Source: Candidatus Bathyarchaeota archaeon RBG_16_48_13
GTDB taxonomy: Archaea; Thermoproteota; Bathyarchaeia; RBG-16-48-13
Assembly (NCBI GenBank): GCA_001775995.1
Contig: MEZH01000012.1
Location: 24,555 to 53,611 of the forward strand
Direction of reading: 5' to 3'
DNA length: 29,057 nucleotides
Under the pieces are notes generated by a model, which was not told the origin of the DNA, ran no database searches, and worked only from the letters and a program-made list of their open reading frames with translations. Below are positions 8,719 through 17,447 of this stretch, one piece after another. The translations under genes were made by a program, and so were the position numbers. Numbering within the stretch: position 1 is the first letter of the stretch; the number at the start of each line of letters is the position of its first letter.

Positions 8719-9159
8719 TTAGCTCCTTTTGTAAAGTCCTACGAGTACTCCATGAGCCAGTATATGCCCTTTCATCGCCAACTCCACATCTTTCTTTCTT
8801 GAGCTAGGCGGGAGGGACAGTTGGGCTTCTAAAGCATATAACTTGAAAAAGTATCTGTGTGTCCCAGAGGGGGGGCACGGCCCTCCGTATGAGCGCTTCC
8901 TGAAACTATTCCAACCTTCAATGCCAGGAATACTGTTCTCATCTATCTTCCCTGCTGAAGGGATGTTCCAAACGACCCAATGATCCCAGGTTCCCCCGGG
9001 CGCGTCGGGGTCATCCACTATCAAGACCAGACTACTTGCTCCTTCGGGGATGTCATCAACCTTAAGAGGTGGATTCACGTTGCTGCCATCACATGTATAT
9101 TTAGCAGGGATGTAGCTGTTGCTCTGAAATGCAAGGCTGGTGACTCTGAGAGCGGTCAG
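8719..9159 (-). CDS. YbhB/YbcL (PEBP / Raf kinase inhibitor-like) protein, probable CTG start
   Basis: DDPDAPGGTWDHWVVWNI and YGGPCPPSGTHRYFFKLYAL. The conserved N-terminus LRVTSLAF..IPAKYTCDG lies upstream of the ORF-track GTG (9078) and is in frame with a CTG at 9159 that has GGAGG 9 nt upstream. Confidence 0.85.
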   Translation of the reverse strand: MTALRVTSLAFQSNSYIPAKYTCDGSNVNPPLKVDDIPEGASSLVLIVDDPDAPGGTWDHWVVWNIPSAGKIDENSIPGIEGWNSFRKRSYGGPCPPSGTHRYFFKLYALEAQLSLPPSSRKKDVELAMKGHILAHGVLVGLYKRS

Positions 9160-9228
9160 GAGTAAGTGCCTCCATGCAAAATATGCGCTTCATGACTTTA
9201 TGAATTTGTTGGACCACAAATGGATATT

Positions 9229-10671
9229 TTATGTCCTGATTTCATAGCGCTCTTCCAACACATGGTGATACTCTTCGGGTGGCATGAGATTTGTGAAGGC
9301 TCTCTGCACGACCTCGCTCAGGGCGGGGTGAATGTGCATTCCGTAGATGATAGGTGCAGCGCTCCCGTCTTTGGTGTACATGAGATTGATTATTTCCTGT
9401 ATCAGAATTGAGGCGTGAGGCCCGATGATGTGAGCTCCCAGTATCTTCATAGTCTCCTTTTCCAAGATTACCTTGACGAAGAAATCCTTGACTGCCATCG
9501 CCTGTCCCTTGGCGGTGTCCTGATATCTCTGGGCACCGATCAACACCCTGTCTTCGCCAAGTCTCTCTATGATCTCTTTCTCCCTTTGGCCAACGCTCGC
9601 GATTTCGGGGTACATGAAGACAGCGTGTGGCACCGCGCTGTAGTCGACCTTCACCTTCTTTCTTAGCACCGCATTATAGTATGCTATTAGAGACTCGTAG
9701 TTCGCCACGTGCTTGAAGGGATACTTGCCATCAGCATCTCCTATTGCCCAGATGTTTGGCTGAGATGTTTCCATATAATCGTTCACCATTATCCAGCCGT
9801 GCTCATCAGTCCTAATTCCAGCCATCTCGGGGTGAAGAATGTCAGTATTCGGGCTTCTTCCGGTGGCAATCAGTAGCTCATCAGCAATGATCTCGAGCTT
9901 TTTTCCGCTCTGTCTATCGACTCCGACGATCTTCTTCGTCCCATCCGACATTCCATCTACCTCCTGCACCTCGCAGTTGGTGACTAGTTCAAGGTGTTTC
10001 TGAAGCTCACGCCTTGCTAATGCCGAAATCTCAGGTTCCTCTTCCGGGATAAACTGTGGGTTTCTCCCTACGACCGTCACCTTTGAACCCATTGCGGAGA
10101 AGAAGTGACCGTATTCCGCAGCGATGTATCCTCCACCTATGATGGCAATACTTCCAGGCAACTTCGAAATCTTGAGGATCGTATCGCTAGTATGATAATT
10201 GACTCTGTCAAGCCCGCTTATGGGCGGGATGGTAGGCTTAGACCCCGTGCAGAGGATGATCAGTTTGGATTTCATGACCTCATTTCCCGCCTTCAGAGTA
10301 TACGGGGCGACGAACTCGGCAACCACAGGGTAGTAATCGACACTCTCGGTTCTTGAGAGCCCCTCGCGAATCGATGCTATCTCGGGATAGATATGACCAC
10401 GCATCCTATCCATGACCCTGCCAAAATCTATCCTCTTCACTTCGACATCTATGCCGAATTCACTTGCCATTTCAATCATCCTAACCATTTCCGCCGGATA
10501 CATCAACATCTTTGACGGGATGCAACCTCGAGTTAAGCAGATGCCACCAGGCTCATCCTTGTCTATGACTGCAACTTTGGCGTCATGGTTCCTGTGAAGA
10601 AAAGCATTAACAACGTCCAGAGCTGACCCCGAGCCTATTGCTATTAGATCGTACTCCTTCAATTCAGCCAC
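9229..10671 (-). CDS. FAD-dependent pyridine nucleotide-disulfide oxidoreductase (dihydrolipoyl dehydrogenase family, mycothione-reductase-like)
   Basis: Redox disulfide GGICLTRGCIPSK, GGGYIAAE, ATGRSPN, GDA, KHVAN and C-terminal HPALSE. Confidence 0.85.
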   Translation of the reverse strand: MAELKEYDLIAIGSGSALDVVNAFLHRNHDAKVAVIDKDEPGGICLTRGCIPSKMLMYPAEMVRMIEMASEFGIDVEVKRIDFGRVMDRMRGHIYPEIASIREGLSRTESVDYYPVVAEFVAPYTLKAGNEVMKSKLIILCTGSKPTIPPISGLDRVNYHTSDTILKISKLPGSIAIIGGGYIAAEYGHFFSAMGSKVTVVGRNPQFIPEEEPEISALARRELQKHLELVTNCEVQEVDGMSDGTKKIVGVDRQSGKKLEIIADELLIATGRSPNTDILHPEMAGIRTDEHGWIMVNDYMETSQPNIWAIGDADGKYPFKHVANYESLIAYYNAVLRKKVKVDYSAVPHAVFMYPEIASVGQREKEIIERLGEDRVLIGAQRYQDTAKGQAMAVKDFFVKVILEKETMKILGAHIIGPHASILIQEIINLMYTKDGSAAPIIYGMHIHPALSEVVQRAFTNLMPPEEYHHVLEERYEIRT

Positions 10672-10864
10672 CGCAGGGACTACTATCTCGCTGTTAAATG
10701 ATTGCTACCATTAAGAAGGTTTTCCTCCTCTGAAAATTGACCTTTCGGCGATTCAGAGGGATGGATCTAGTGGAAAAAAAAGGGACCAAACAAGAGCTTT
10801 CAATAGACACTCCGCCTATGAGTATTCAAAGCATAAAGAGAGAGATCATAGGAGAGATGGAAGG

Positions 10865-11272
10865 ATGTCTTTGAAAGCAAAGAGTAACATTGTTAGAGTC
10901 AAGGACGTCAATTGGGGAACCTATCCGAACCCCTCTGAACCCAGAGACAGGGTCCACACAAAAACCTTGATCACTCAGGATCGATGCGGTTCAAAGGACC
11001 TCACGATGGGCATACTTGATATGCCCCCAGGCGATGTACATATCCTGCACCATCACGAAGGGGTCAGCCAAGCCTACTATGTTGTCGCCGGCAAAGCAAG
11101 AATCACGATTGGGAAAGAAACGGTCAACGCAGAACCGGGACTGGCGATCCATATTCCAGCGGGAATGAAACACAGGATAGATGACATAAAAGAGAAGTTA
11201 TTCGTCGTTTGGGTCGCAAATGTTCCAGATTTCGTGAACAAATACGAAAAGATAACAAAATGGGACGAATAG
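10865..11272 (+). CDS. Cupin domain protein
   Basis: Motif 1 PGDVHILHHHEGVSQAYYVVAG and motif 2 GLAIHIPAGMKHRI. Confidence 0.8.
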   Translation: MSLKAKSNIVRVKDVNWGTYPNPSEPRDRVHTKTLITQDRCGSKDLTMGILDMPPGDVHILHHHEGVSQAYYVVAGKARITIGKETVNAEPGLAIHIPAGMKHRIDDIKEKLFVVWVANVPDFVNKYEKITKWDE

Positions 11273-11355
11273 TATCGTGTCAGAGGAATTGTCATCGAAT
11301 CTTGAACACCCACAAATCTCTTATCTCCTATACCGAAACACGGACGAACAAAGTT

Positions 11356-11778
11356 CTATGATCTATTTCTTAACCTACGTACGAATTTCAGTCCGGACCA
11401 AGTCTCATCTATTGCACATACTTTCACATCTACCAAACCATTCTTCAGACCGATTTCCCTGACGTCTCTCTCTTTCAGATCGCCTCCTAGTCCTGATTCT
11501 CTCTTTGGCCAAGAAACCCAAAGAGCTCCATTTTGTGAGAGGTACCGTTTCATCATAGGTAACTTATCCTCAAGTTCTGTCTTTTCTTTCGTGAAGATGT
11601 GAATCAAATCAACTGCCCCTCTAGGTTCCTGGAGGACCAGAAGCCCAGCCACCGACTTCTTGAGTGTCTCTACATAGTCACTGGGAGGGTTCAGCGCCAC
11701 GATCAATGAACCCGCTTTTATCCCAAGCTTTACGGCCAAAGGCTTGTCTATTTGACTATCCAAGGTATGTTCCTTCAT
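11356..11778 (-). CDS. DUF3052-family protein
   Basis: PLAVKLGIK, LWVSWPK, VREIGLKNGLVDVKVCAIDETWSGLKFV. Exact start uncertain. Confidence 0.8.
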   Translation of the reverse strand: MKEHTLDSQIDKPLAVKLGIKAGSLIVALNPPSDYVETLKKSVAGLLVLQEPRGAVDLIHIFTKEKTELEDKLPMMKRYLSQNGALWVSWPKRESGLGGDLKERDVREIGLKNGLVDVKVCAIDETWSGLKFVRRLRNRS

Positions 11779-11780
11779 CT

Positions 11781-11986
11781 CTTGGATGGTGGTTCCCGGC
11801 AGAACTCAGAGCGGTCTTCTGGGGAACCTCCAAGGTTTGTGAACGTGTTTTTGCGCGAACGAAGCGGATCTTTTCCGAAGTCAGTAAGCCCCCCAATCCT
11901 GACATCCGCGTCATTGCTATCGTTGTTGACCCCAATCGCTGGCACCACACCTGAAGTCTTTCAGAACCCCTGCCGTGAAGCGGTGC
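11781..11986 (-). ncRNA. Candidate structured RNA (unassigned) between purF and DUF3052
   Basis: Three separate multi-stem domains found by eye (see findings). No convincing match to known RNA families. Confidence 0.3.
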
Positions 11987-11998
11987 GGTTTCGAATGG

Positions 11999-13444
11999 CT
12001 ATTCGATCTCCCAATACCTTCTCTTGTCGAATGACGCGGAGCTCCGCATCTTGTTACATATTGCCTGAGCCCTTCTGGTTGGGTATTCGTTCGTGAGACA
12101 CGCGAGACACAATTCTTCCCTTGGTAAGCCTATTGACTCGACGAGTCCCTCGATGTCCTGATAGGTCAGCGTATCAGAATTAAGAATCTTGTTTATTTCG
12201 TCCACCGTATGGTTATAGGCCACGAGTTCGCTGTAGCTGGAGATGTCTATGCCGTAAGGGCACGGCCCCACAAGTGGGGGACATGTGATCTGGACATGAA
12301 CCTTCTCAGCTCCAGCCTTCCGAACTAGATTCACGATTGAACGAGAAGTGGTTCCTCTGACAATGCTGTCATCGATCAGGATGACCTTCTTGCCAGCGAT
12401 CACTGGCTTCAAGGCGTTCAGTTTTATGCGGACGGCCCTGTCCCTTTGGCTTTGACCCGGTATGATGAAGGTTCTCAAGGCGTAGCGGTTCTTAATGAGG
12501 CCCTCAGCAACGGGGATTCCCGTCTCTCTGGCGAAGCCTTCAGCCGCGGGTCTAGCCGTGTCCGGAACGGGCACTATTACGTCTCCACCTCGATCGAACT
12601 TCTTTGCTAGCTTTTGCCCCAGTCTTATCCGGACATCATACACGAATTTTCCGTCCAGAATTGAATCTGGTCTAGAGAAGTAGACATACTCGAACATGCA
12701 GTGCTTCGGCTTCTCGGTATTTCCAACCTTCTTTCTCTCGATACCTTTCTCATTTGCTACAATCAACTCGCCTGGCGCCACGTCTCCGGTCATGTTCAGA
12801 TCATTTATGTCGAAGGCGACGCTTTCAGAGGCGACAACAAAGAGACCGTTGTTCTGGCTGTAGCTAAGCGGCCTGAAACCTAGGGGATCCCTGAAGGCGA
12901 TCAGGTCGCCCTCACCGGAAAAAGCAGCAACTGAGTAGCCCCCCTCAAGCTTGCCCATTAGGTTCTCTACTGCCTTGAACATGTCACTTGTCTTCCTCAG
13001 CTCCTCCCCAAACAGTTGAAGGACGACTTCTGAATCGCAACAGGAGAAGAGACTAGTCCCGCCCTCAGCTATGGTTTTTCTGAGCTCTAGGGCGTTGACT
13101 ATGTTCCCATTGTGAGCGAGGACTATCCCCTTGTGTGGATAATTGATCATGAATGGGGAAGCGTCGTCGAGAGTAGATTCTCCCGCAGTGGAGTATCGGT
13201 TATGGCCGATGCCCACCTTCCCGGGAAGCTGAGCTAGGGACTCCATTGAGAAGGCTTCATTCACCAATCCGACGGCTTTTTTCAGATAGATCTTCTTGCC
13301 ATCGAAGGTCCCGATCCCCGTAGATTCCTGCCCACGGTGTTGGAGAGCCAGTAATCCATAATAGATCATCGGGGAGACGTTGCCTTCACCATTGCTCACG
13401 CCTATGACCCCGCAGTTCTCTCGACATTCATGACTGGATTTCAT
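11999..13444 (-). CDS. purF: Amidophosphoribosyltransferase
   Basis: Propeptide then CGVIG, LQHRGQE, HNRYST, HNGNI, PRPP site VILIDDSIVRGTT, and Fe-S cysteines (CMFEYVYF, CPYGID, CLAC). Confidence 0.97.
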   Translation of the reverse strand: MKSSHECRENCGVIGVSNGEGNVSPMIYYGLLALQHRGQESTGIGTFDGKKIYLKKAVGLVNEAFSMESLAQLPGKVGIGHNRYSTAGESTLDDASPFMINYPHKGIVLAHNGNIVNALELRKTIAEGGTSLFSCCDSEVVLQLFGEELRKTSDMFKAVENLMGKLEGGYSVAAFSGEGDLIAFRDPLGFRPLSYSQNNGLFVVASESVAFDINDLNMTGDVAPGELIVANEKGIERKKVGNTEKPKHCMFEYVYFSRPDSILDGKFVYDVRIRLGQKLAKKFDRGGDVIVPVPDTARPAAEGFARETGIPVAEGLIKNRYALRTFIIPGQSQRDRAVRIKLNALKPVIAGKKVILIDDSIVRGTTSRSIVNLVRKAGAEKVHVQITCPPLVGPCPYGIDISSYSELVAYNHTVDEINKILNSDTLTYQDIEGLVESIGLPREELCLACLTNEYPTRRAQAICNKMRSSASFDKRRYWEIE

Positions 13445-13447
13445 AAC

Positions 13448-15664
13448 TTAATCAACTCCCATGAACTTTGGTATGCAATTTGACCAGGCCTCCTCCATCT
13501 TCTGGATGGATAAGTCCACGAGTTTCAGTTCCCTGTTCCTCAACACGAATCTACCTGAATCAGCTGCTCGGCCTATGGCGGCGGCAGGGACGCTTGCCTT
13601 CTTGGCTACCTGCAGAATCTTCTCGGCCTCATTTTCTTGGCATGAGAGAACGAATCTGGCTTGAGATTCGGAAAATAGGAGTTCATCCTCTTGGTTGACC
13701 TTTGAAGGCACTTTGCTCAAATCGACATCCAACCCCAGTTGGCCTTTAATCGACATAAGGGCTAGCGCCACACCTAGGCCGCCCTTGGAACAATCGTGGG
13801 CCGCTTTGACCCAGCCTGACCTTATAGACTCCATGACAACACGCATGGAAGACTTTTCTCTTTCAGGAATGGCTGCAGGCGGCTTCCCACCCTCCAAGTT
13901 ATGGATTTCGTGGTAGTACTCGGAGCCACCCATCTCAGCATAAGTCTCGCCCACTACCAGCAATTGGTCCCCAGATGCCTTCAGGCTCATCGTGGTTATC
14001 CATTCTAGCTTTTCGATCAACCCCAGCATGGCTACGATGGCGGTCGGTTTTACTGCTTTTTTTGTCTCTTCGTCTTCGTTGTAGAAACTGACGTTCCCAC
14101 CAACGCAGGGTAGCTCAAGCGACCTGCACATGTCAGTCATGCCCCTGATCGCTTCTTGGAACTGCCAGAAAACCTCAGGCTTCTCGGGGTTTCCAAAGTT
14201 GCAGCCGTCAACCATTGCTATCGGCTCAGCACCCACTGCCACAACGTTTCGGGCGGCCTCAGCTACCGCGCCTCCGTGCCCATTATATGGGTCCAAATAG
14301 GCGTGTCGACTGTTGCAGTCGGACTTCACGGCTATTGCCTTTGATCCGCCCAAAAGACGCAAAACCGCAGCGTCGCCGTCGCCTGGCCTGACAACGGTCC
14401 TAAGGCCCACCTCGTGATCATATTGACGGTAAATCCACTCCTTGCTGGCAATGTTAGGAGATTTCAGAAGGTTCATCAGAGACTGCTGCAGGTCAACTTG
14501 TCTTGGCTTTGGCATATTCCATAAATTGGCAATGTAATCAGGTTTCCTTGCCTCTCGTTGAAGGACGGGCGCATCGGTCAACATCCTAGATGGAACGTCA
14601 GCAGCCACATTTCCCCTGAACTCGACCACGACTTCACCTGTTCCAGTCACCCTGCCAATTACCGAATATTGTACATCGTATTTGTCGAATATCTTCGTGA
14701 CATCCCTGACTCCTTCAGGGTCGACAACGAAGAGCATTCTCTCCTGTGACTCGGACAACATCAACTCATAGGGGACCATATTCTCTTCTCTGACGTGAAT
14801 CCTTCCAGCATCTATCTCAACCCCCGTCCCGCCCTTTGCTGACATTTCAGAGGAAGCGCAAGTCAGTCCCCCTCCCCCCAAGTCCTTAAGCCCATGGACT
14901 TTGCCGGTTTTCAGAGACTCAAGCGTGGCTTCTATGACCATTTTCTTGGTGAATGGGTCGCCCACTTGGACCGCAGGCCGGTCCTCCTCAGACCTCTCAG
15001 ACAGGGTCTTTGAGGCAAAAGTGACGCCGTGGATCCCGTCTCGACCTGTTGAGCCGCCCATCAAGATCAAGATGTCACCACTCTTTCTGGCCTCAGCTAG
15101 AATCAGATCCTTCCTCTTCGCGTGCCCAAAGCAGACCACGTTGACCAGGCAATTGCGCTCAAAGCTGTCATCAAACTCCACCTCCCCCGCCACCGTTGGG
15201 ATCCCGACGCAATTGCCGTAGTCGCCTATGCCCTTCACGACATATTGAAAGAGCCATCTGCTATTGCCGCTCTTCAGGGAACCGAACCTCAGGGGGTCAA
15301 GTAGAGCAATGGGCCTTGCACCCAAGGAGAGAATGTCTCTTATTATACCGCCTATCCCAGTAGCAGCGCCGTTGTAGGGTTCGACAGCTGACGGGTGGTT
15401 ATGGCTTTCGATCTTGAACACAATGACGTCTCCGTCACCGATGTCGACCGCCCCTGCGTCGTAGCCAGGGCCCACCACTACTCTCTTACCTTTGGTTGGC
15501 AGAAGTCTTAGAACGGGACGGCTGCTCTTGTAGGAACAATGCTCGGACCAGAGGATATCGAACATACCCAACTCAACACTATTGGGTCTCCTCCCGAGCT
15601 TCCTGTTTATGTACCGCATCTCTTCAGCGGTGAGATCGACGGGCAGCTCTCCTTCACCAGACAT
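13448..15664 (-). CDS. purL: Phosphoribosylformylglycinamidine synthase subunit PurL (small type)
   Basis: WSEHCSYKSS, ESHNHPS, ATGIGGIIRD, LSESQERM and GGNVSFYN. Start re-placed at ATG 15664, which follows GGAGGTG. Confidence 0.97.
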   Translation of the reverse strand: MSGEGELPVDLTAEEMRYINRKLGRRPNSVELGMFDILWSEHCSYKSSRPVLRLLPTKGKRVVVGPGYDAGAVDIGDGDVIVFKIESHNHPSAVEPYNGAATGIGGIIRDILSLGARPIALLDPLRFGSLKSGNSRWLFQYVVKGIGDYGNCVGIPTVAGEVEFDDSFERNCLVNVVCFGHAKRKDLILAEARKSGDILILMGGSTGRDGIHGVTFASKTLSERSEEDRPAVQVGDPFTKKMVIEATLESLKTGKVHGLKDLGGGGLTCASSEMSAKGGTGVEIDAGRIHVREENMVPYELMLSESQERMLFVVDPEGVRDVTKIFDKYDVQYSVIGRVTGTGEVVVEFRGNVAADVPSRMLTDAPVLQREARKPDYIANLWNMPKPRQVDLQQSLMNLLKSPNIASKEWIYRQYDHEVGLRTVVRPGDGDAAVLRLLGGSKAIAVKSDCNSRHAYLDPYNGHGGAVAEAARNVVAVGAEPIAMVDGCNFGNPEKPEVFWQFQEAIRGMTDMCRSLELPCVGGNVSFYNEDEETKKAVKPTAIVAMLGLIEKLEWITTMSLKASGDQLLVVGETYAEMGGSEYYHEIHNLEGGKPPAAIPEREKSSMRVVMESIRSGWVKAAHDCSKGGLGVALALMSIKGQLGLDVDLSKVPSKVNQEDELLFSESQARFVLSCQENEAEKILQVAKKASVPAAAIGRAADSGRFVLRNRELKLVDLSIQKMEEAWSNCIPKFMGVD

Positions 15665-15668
15665 CTCT

Positions 15669-16370
15669 TCACCTCCGCGTCGCAAGATGTTTCATCATGG
15701 ATCGAAAGATCAGCAGGCCATCCGCAGAAGGGTGGAGCAATTTTTCAGATGCCCTCTCAGGATGGGGCATCATCCCCAAAACGTTTCCCTCCAAGTTGCA
15801 GATTCCGGCTATGTTGTCGATGGCTCCGTTCGGGTTCGCTGCCTTTGTGGCGCGGCCCAGATCATCGACGTAACGGAATATTATCTGATCGTTATCCTCG
15901 AGCTCCTTCAGGATCTTCTTTTCATGGACGTATCTGCCTTCATTATGAGCTATAGGAATCCTCAGGAGTTTACCCTTTGACACAAGGTTGGTGAAGGCAG
16001 TCTTGCTCGACTCAGTCCTCAGGGTGACCCATTTACAAATGAAAGTGAGACAGGCGTTCTGAAGGAGAGCACCTGGGAGGAGCTCGGACTCGATAAGGCT
16101 CTGGAACCCGTTACAGATGCCCAGCACAGGCTTGCCTTCACGAGCCATCTCTTTCACGTCTTTCATGGCAGGGCTATGGGCGGCTATGGCACCCGCCCGT
16201 AAATGGTCACCATAAGAGAAACCACCAGGAAGGACAACAGCATCATAAAGATCACCCTTGAATTCCCTGTGCCAGACCAAATCCGTTTCCAGCCCAGCGA
16301 CGTCGTTCAGAGCATAGGCAGCATCCCGATCGCAATTACTCCCGGGAAACTGGATTACAGCTGCCTTCAT
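15669..16370 (-). CDS. purQ: FGAM synthase glutaminase subunit PurQ
   Basis: FPGSNCDRD, LPGGFSYGDHLRAG, GICNGFQ and MMPHPER. Confidence 0.97.
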   Translation of the reverse strand: MKAAVIQFPGSNCDRDAAYALNDVAGLETDLVWHREFKGDLYDAVVLPGGFSYGDHLRAGAIAAHSPAMKDVKEMAREGKPVLGICNGFQSLIESELLPGALLQNACLTFICKWVTLRTESSKTAFTNLVSKGKLLRIPIAHNEGRYVHEKKILKELEDNDQIIFRYVDDLGRATKAANPNGAIDNIAGICNLEGNVLGMMPHPERASEKLLHPSADGLLIFRSMMKHLATRR

Positions 16371-16373
16371 GGG

Positions 16374-16631
16374 CTACTCCTTCACAGTTATCTTGCAGGT
16401 ATGAACGACGGGATTGTAAATCCTAAGTTCATTGAACATTCTAAAGACCAAATCCTTGGCCGCTTTCCCATTAGGTGCCTCGACGGTCAATCGAAGATAC
16501 TTGCCCGATCGAACCTTCTTGACCTGAGGGTATCCGCCGCGATTCATCAAGTCCCGTTGGATTGTCTCACCTTCTGGGTCCTTTGCTACAGGCTTGTTCT
16601 CTATGACAACCTCAACCATGAACTCGGTCAC
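16374..16631 (-). CDS. purS: FGAM synthase subunit PurS
   Basis: KPVAKDPEG, VRSGKY and YNPV. GTG start at 16631 overlaps the purC TGA (GTGA); position in the operon fits. Confidence 0.9.
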   Translation of the reverse strand: MTEFMVEVVIENKPVAKDPEGETIQRDLMNRGGYPQVKKVRSGKYLRLTVEAPNGKAAKDLVFRMFNELRIYNPVVHTCKITVKE

Positions 16632-17347
16632 TTGGGCTCTCCTCCCACTATCTTTCTGTAACATTTCAGATAGGTCTCAGTAACCTTCTCCAAAGGTGCG
16701 CCCTGACGATAGACGTCTTTGTCCAGAATCTCGCCGGTCTTGATATCCCAGAGCCTCATTGAGTCACAATCCAGCTCATCGCCCACGATGATCTTACCTT
16801 TCGAGTCGCGCCCAAATTCAAGCTTGAAATCGGCAAGAATCATTTCTTTCTTCAAGAGATACGGCTTTAGAAACTCGTTAGTCTTTAGGGCTAAGCGCTT
16901 CATCTCGGCTATCTCTCTCTTGTTGGCGAGGGCTAAGACCTGTATGTGATCATCATTGAGTATTGGGTCATGAAGGGAGTCGTTCTTCAGGAAAAACTCT
17001 ACAATGGGCTTCGGGAACGAGTCCCCTTTCTTGAATCCTGGTAGCCTCTCTAGGATGTGGCCCGCAGCAATATTTCGACAGACAACCTCCAAAGGAATCA
17101 TCTTTAGGTTCCGTGCCACCATTACTCCCGGCTGAGGCAGATCTACGAGGTGTGTTGAGACGCCCTCTTTCTCAAGATAGCGGAATAACTTGGTTGTTAT
17201 GGCCGCATTTATCACGCCTTTGTCCTTTATTAGGTCGTGTTTCTTTCCATCGAACGCCGTAATGTCATCTTTGAATTTCAAGGTGACCTTTTCGAGGTCA
17301 GGCATGGAGTAAATGATCTTGGTCTTCCCTTCAGCTACTTTCTCCAC
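16628..17347 (-). CDS. purC: SAICAR synthetase
   Basis: EGKTKIIY, FKDDITAFDG, PLEVVCRN, DFKLEFG and DELDCDSMRLWD. Confidence 0.97.
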   Translation of the reverse strand: MEKVAEGKTKIIYSMPDLEKVTLKFKDDITAFDGKKHDLIKDKGVINAAITTKLFRYLEKEGVSTHLVDLPQPGVMVARNLKMIPLEVVCRNIAAGHILERLPGFKKGDSFPKPIVEFFLKNDSLHDPILNDDHIQVLALANKREIAEMKRLALKTNEFLKPYLLKKEMILADFKLEFGRDSKGKIIVGDELDCDSMRLWDIKTGEILDKDVYRQGAPLEKVTETYLKCYRKIVGGEPK

Positions 17348-17447
17348 CCTTCTATCCCCAAGGAGTAGAGAGTGAAAACCCCATTTATTAACGTTTTTTT
17401 ACAAATTCTAGCGCATTTATGCCGAAGAATTAACATGAATATGTATA

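Noticed and set aside
11783-11810. GGATGGTGGTTCCC resembling the 5' part of a fluoride riboswitch
   Set aside because: The 3' GCUGAUGAC-type pseudoknot half is missing, and the orientation is antisense to the neighbouring gene.
11820-11972. Plus-strand GGGGAACCUCC ... CAGAACCCC resembling RNase P CR-I and CR-V
   Set aside because: The two segments cannot form P4, and no P1 pairing flanks them.
11931-11975. Minus-strand UGCCAGCG and GGGGUUCUGA resembling TPP riboswitch fragments
   Set aside because: The CUGAGA and ACCUGAU core elements and the P2/P4 geometry are absent, and no thiamine gene is downstream.
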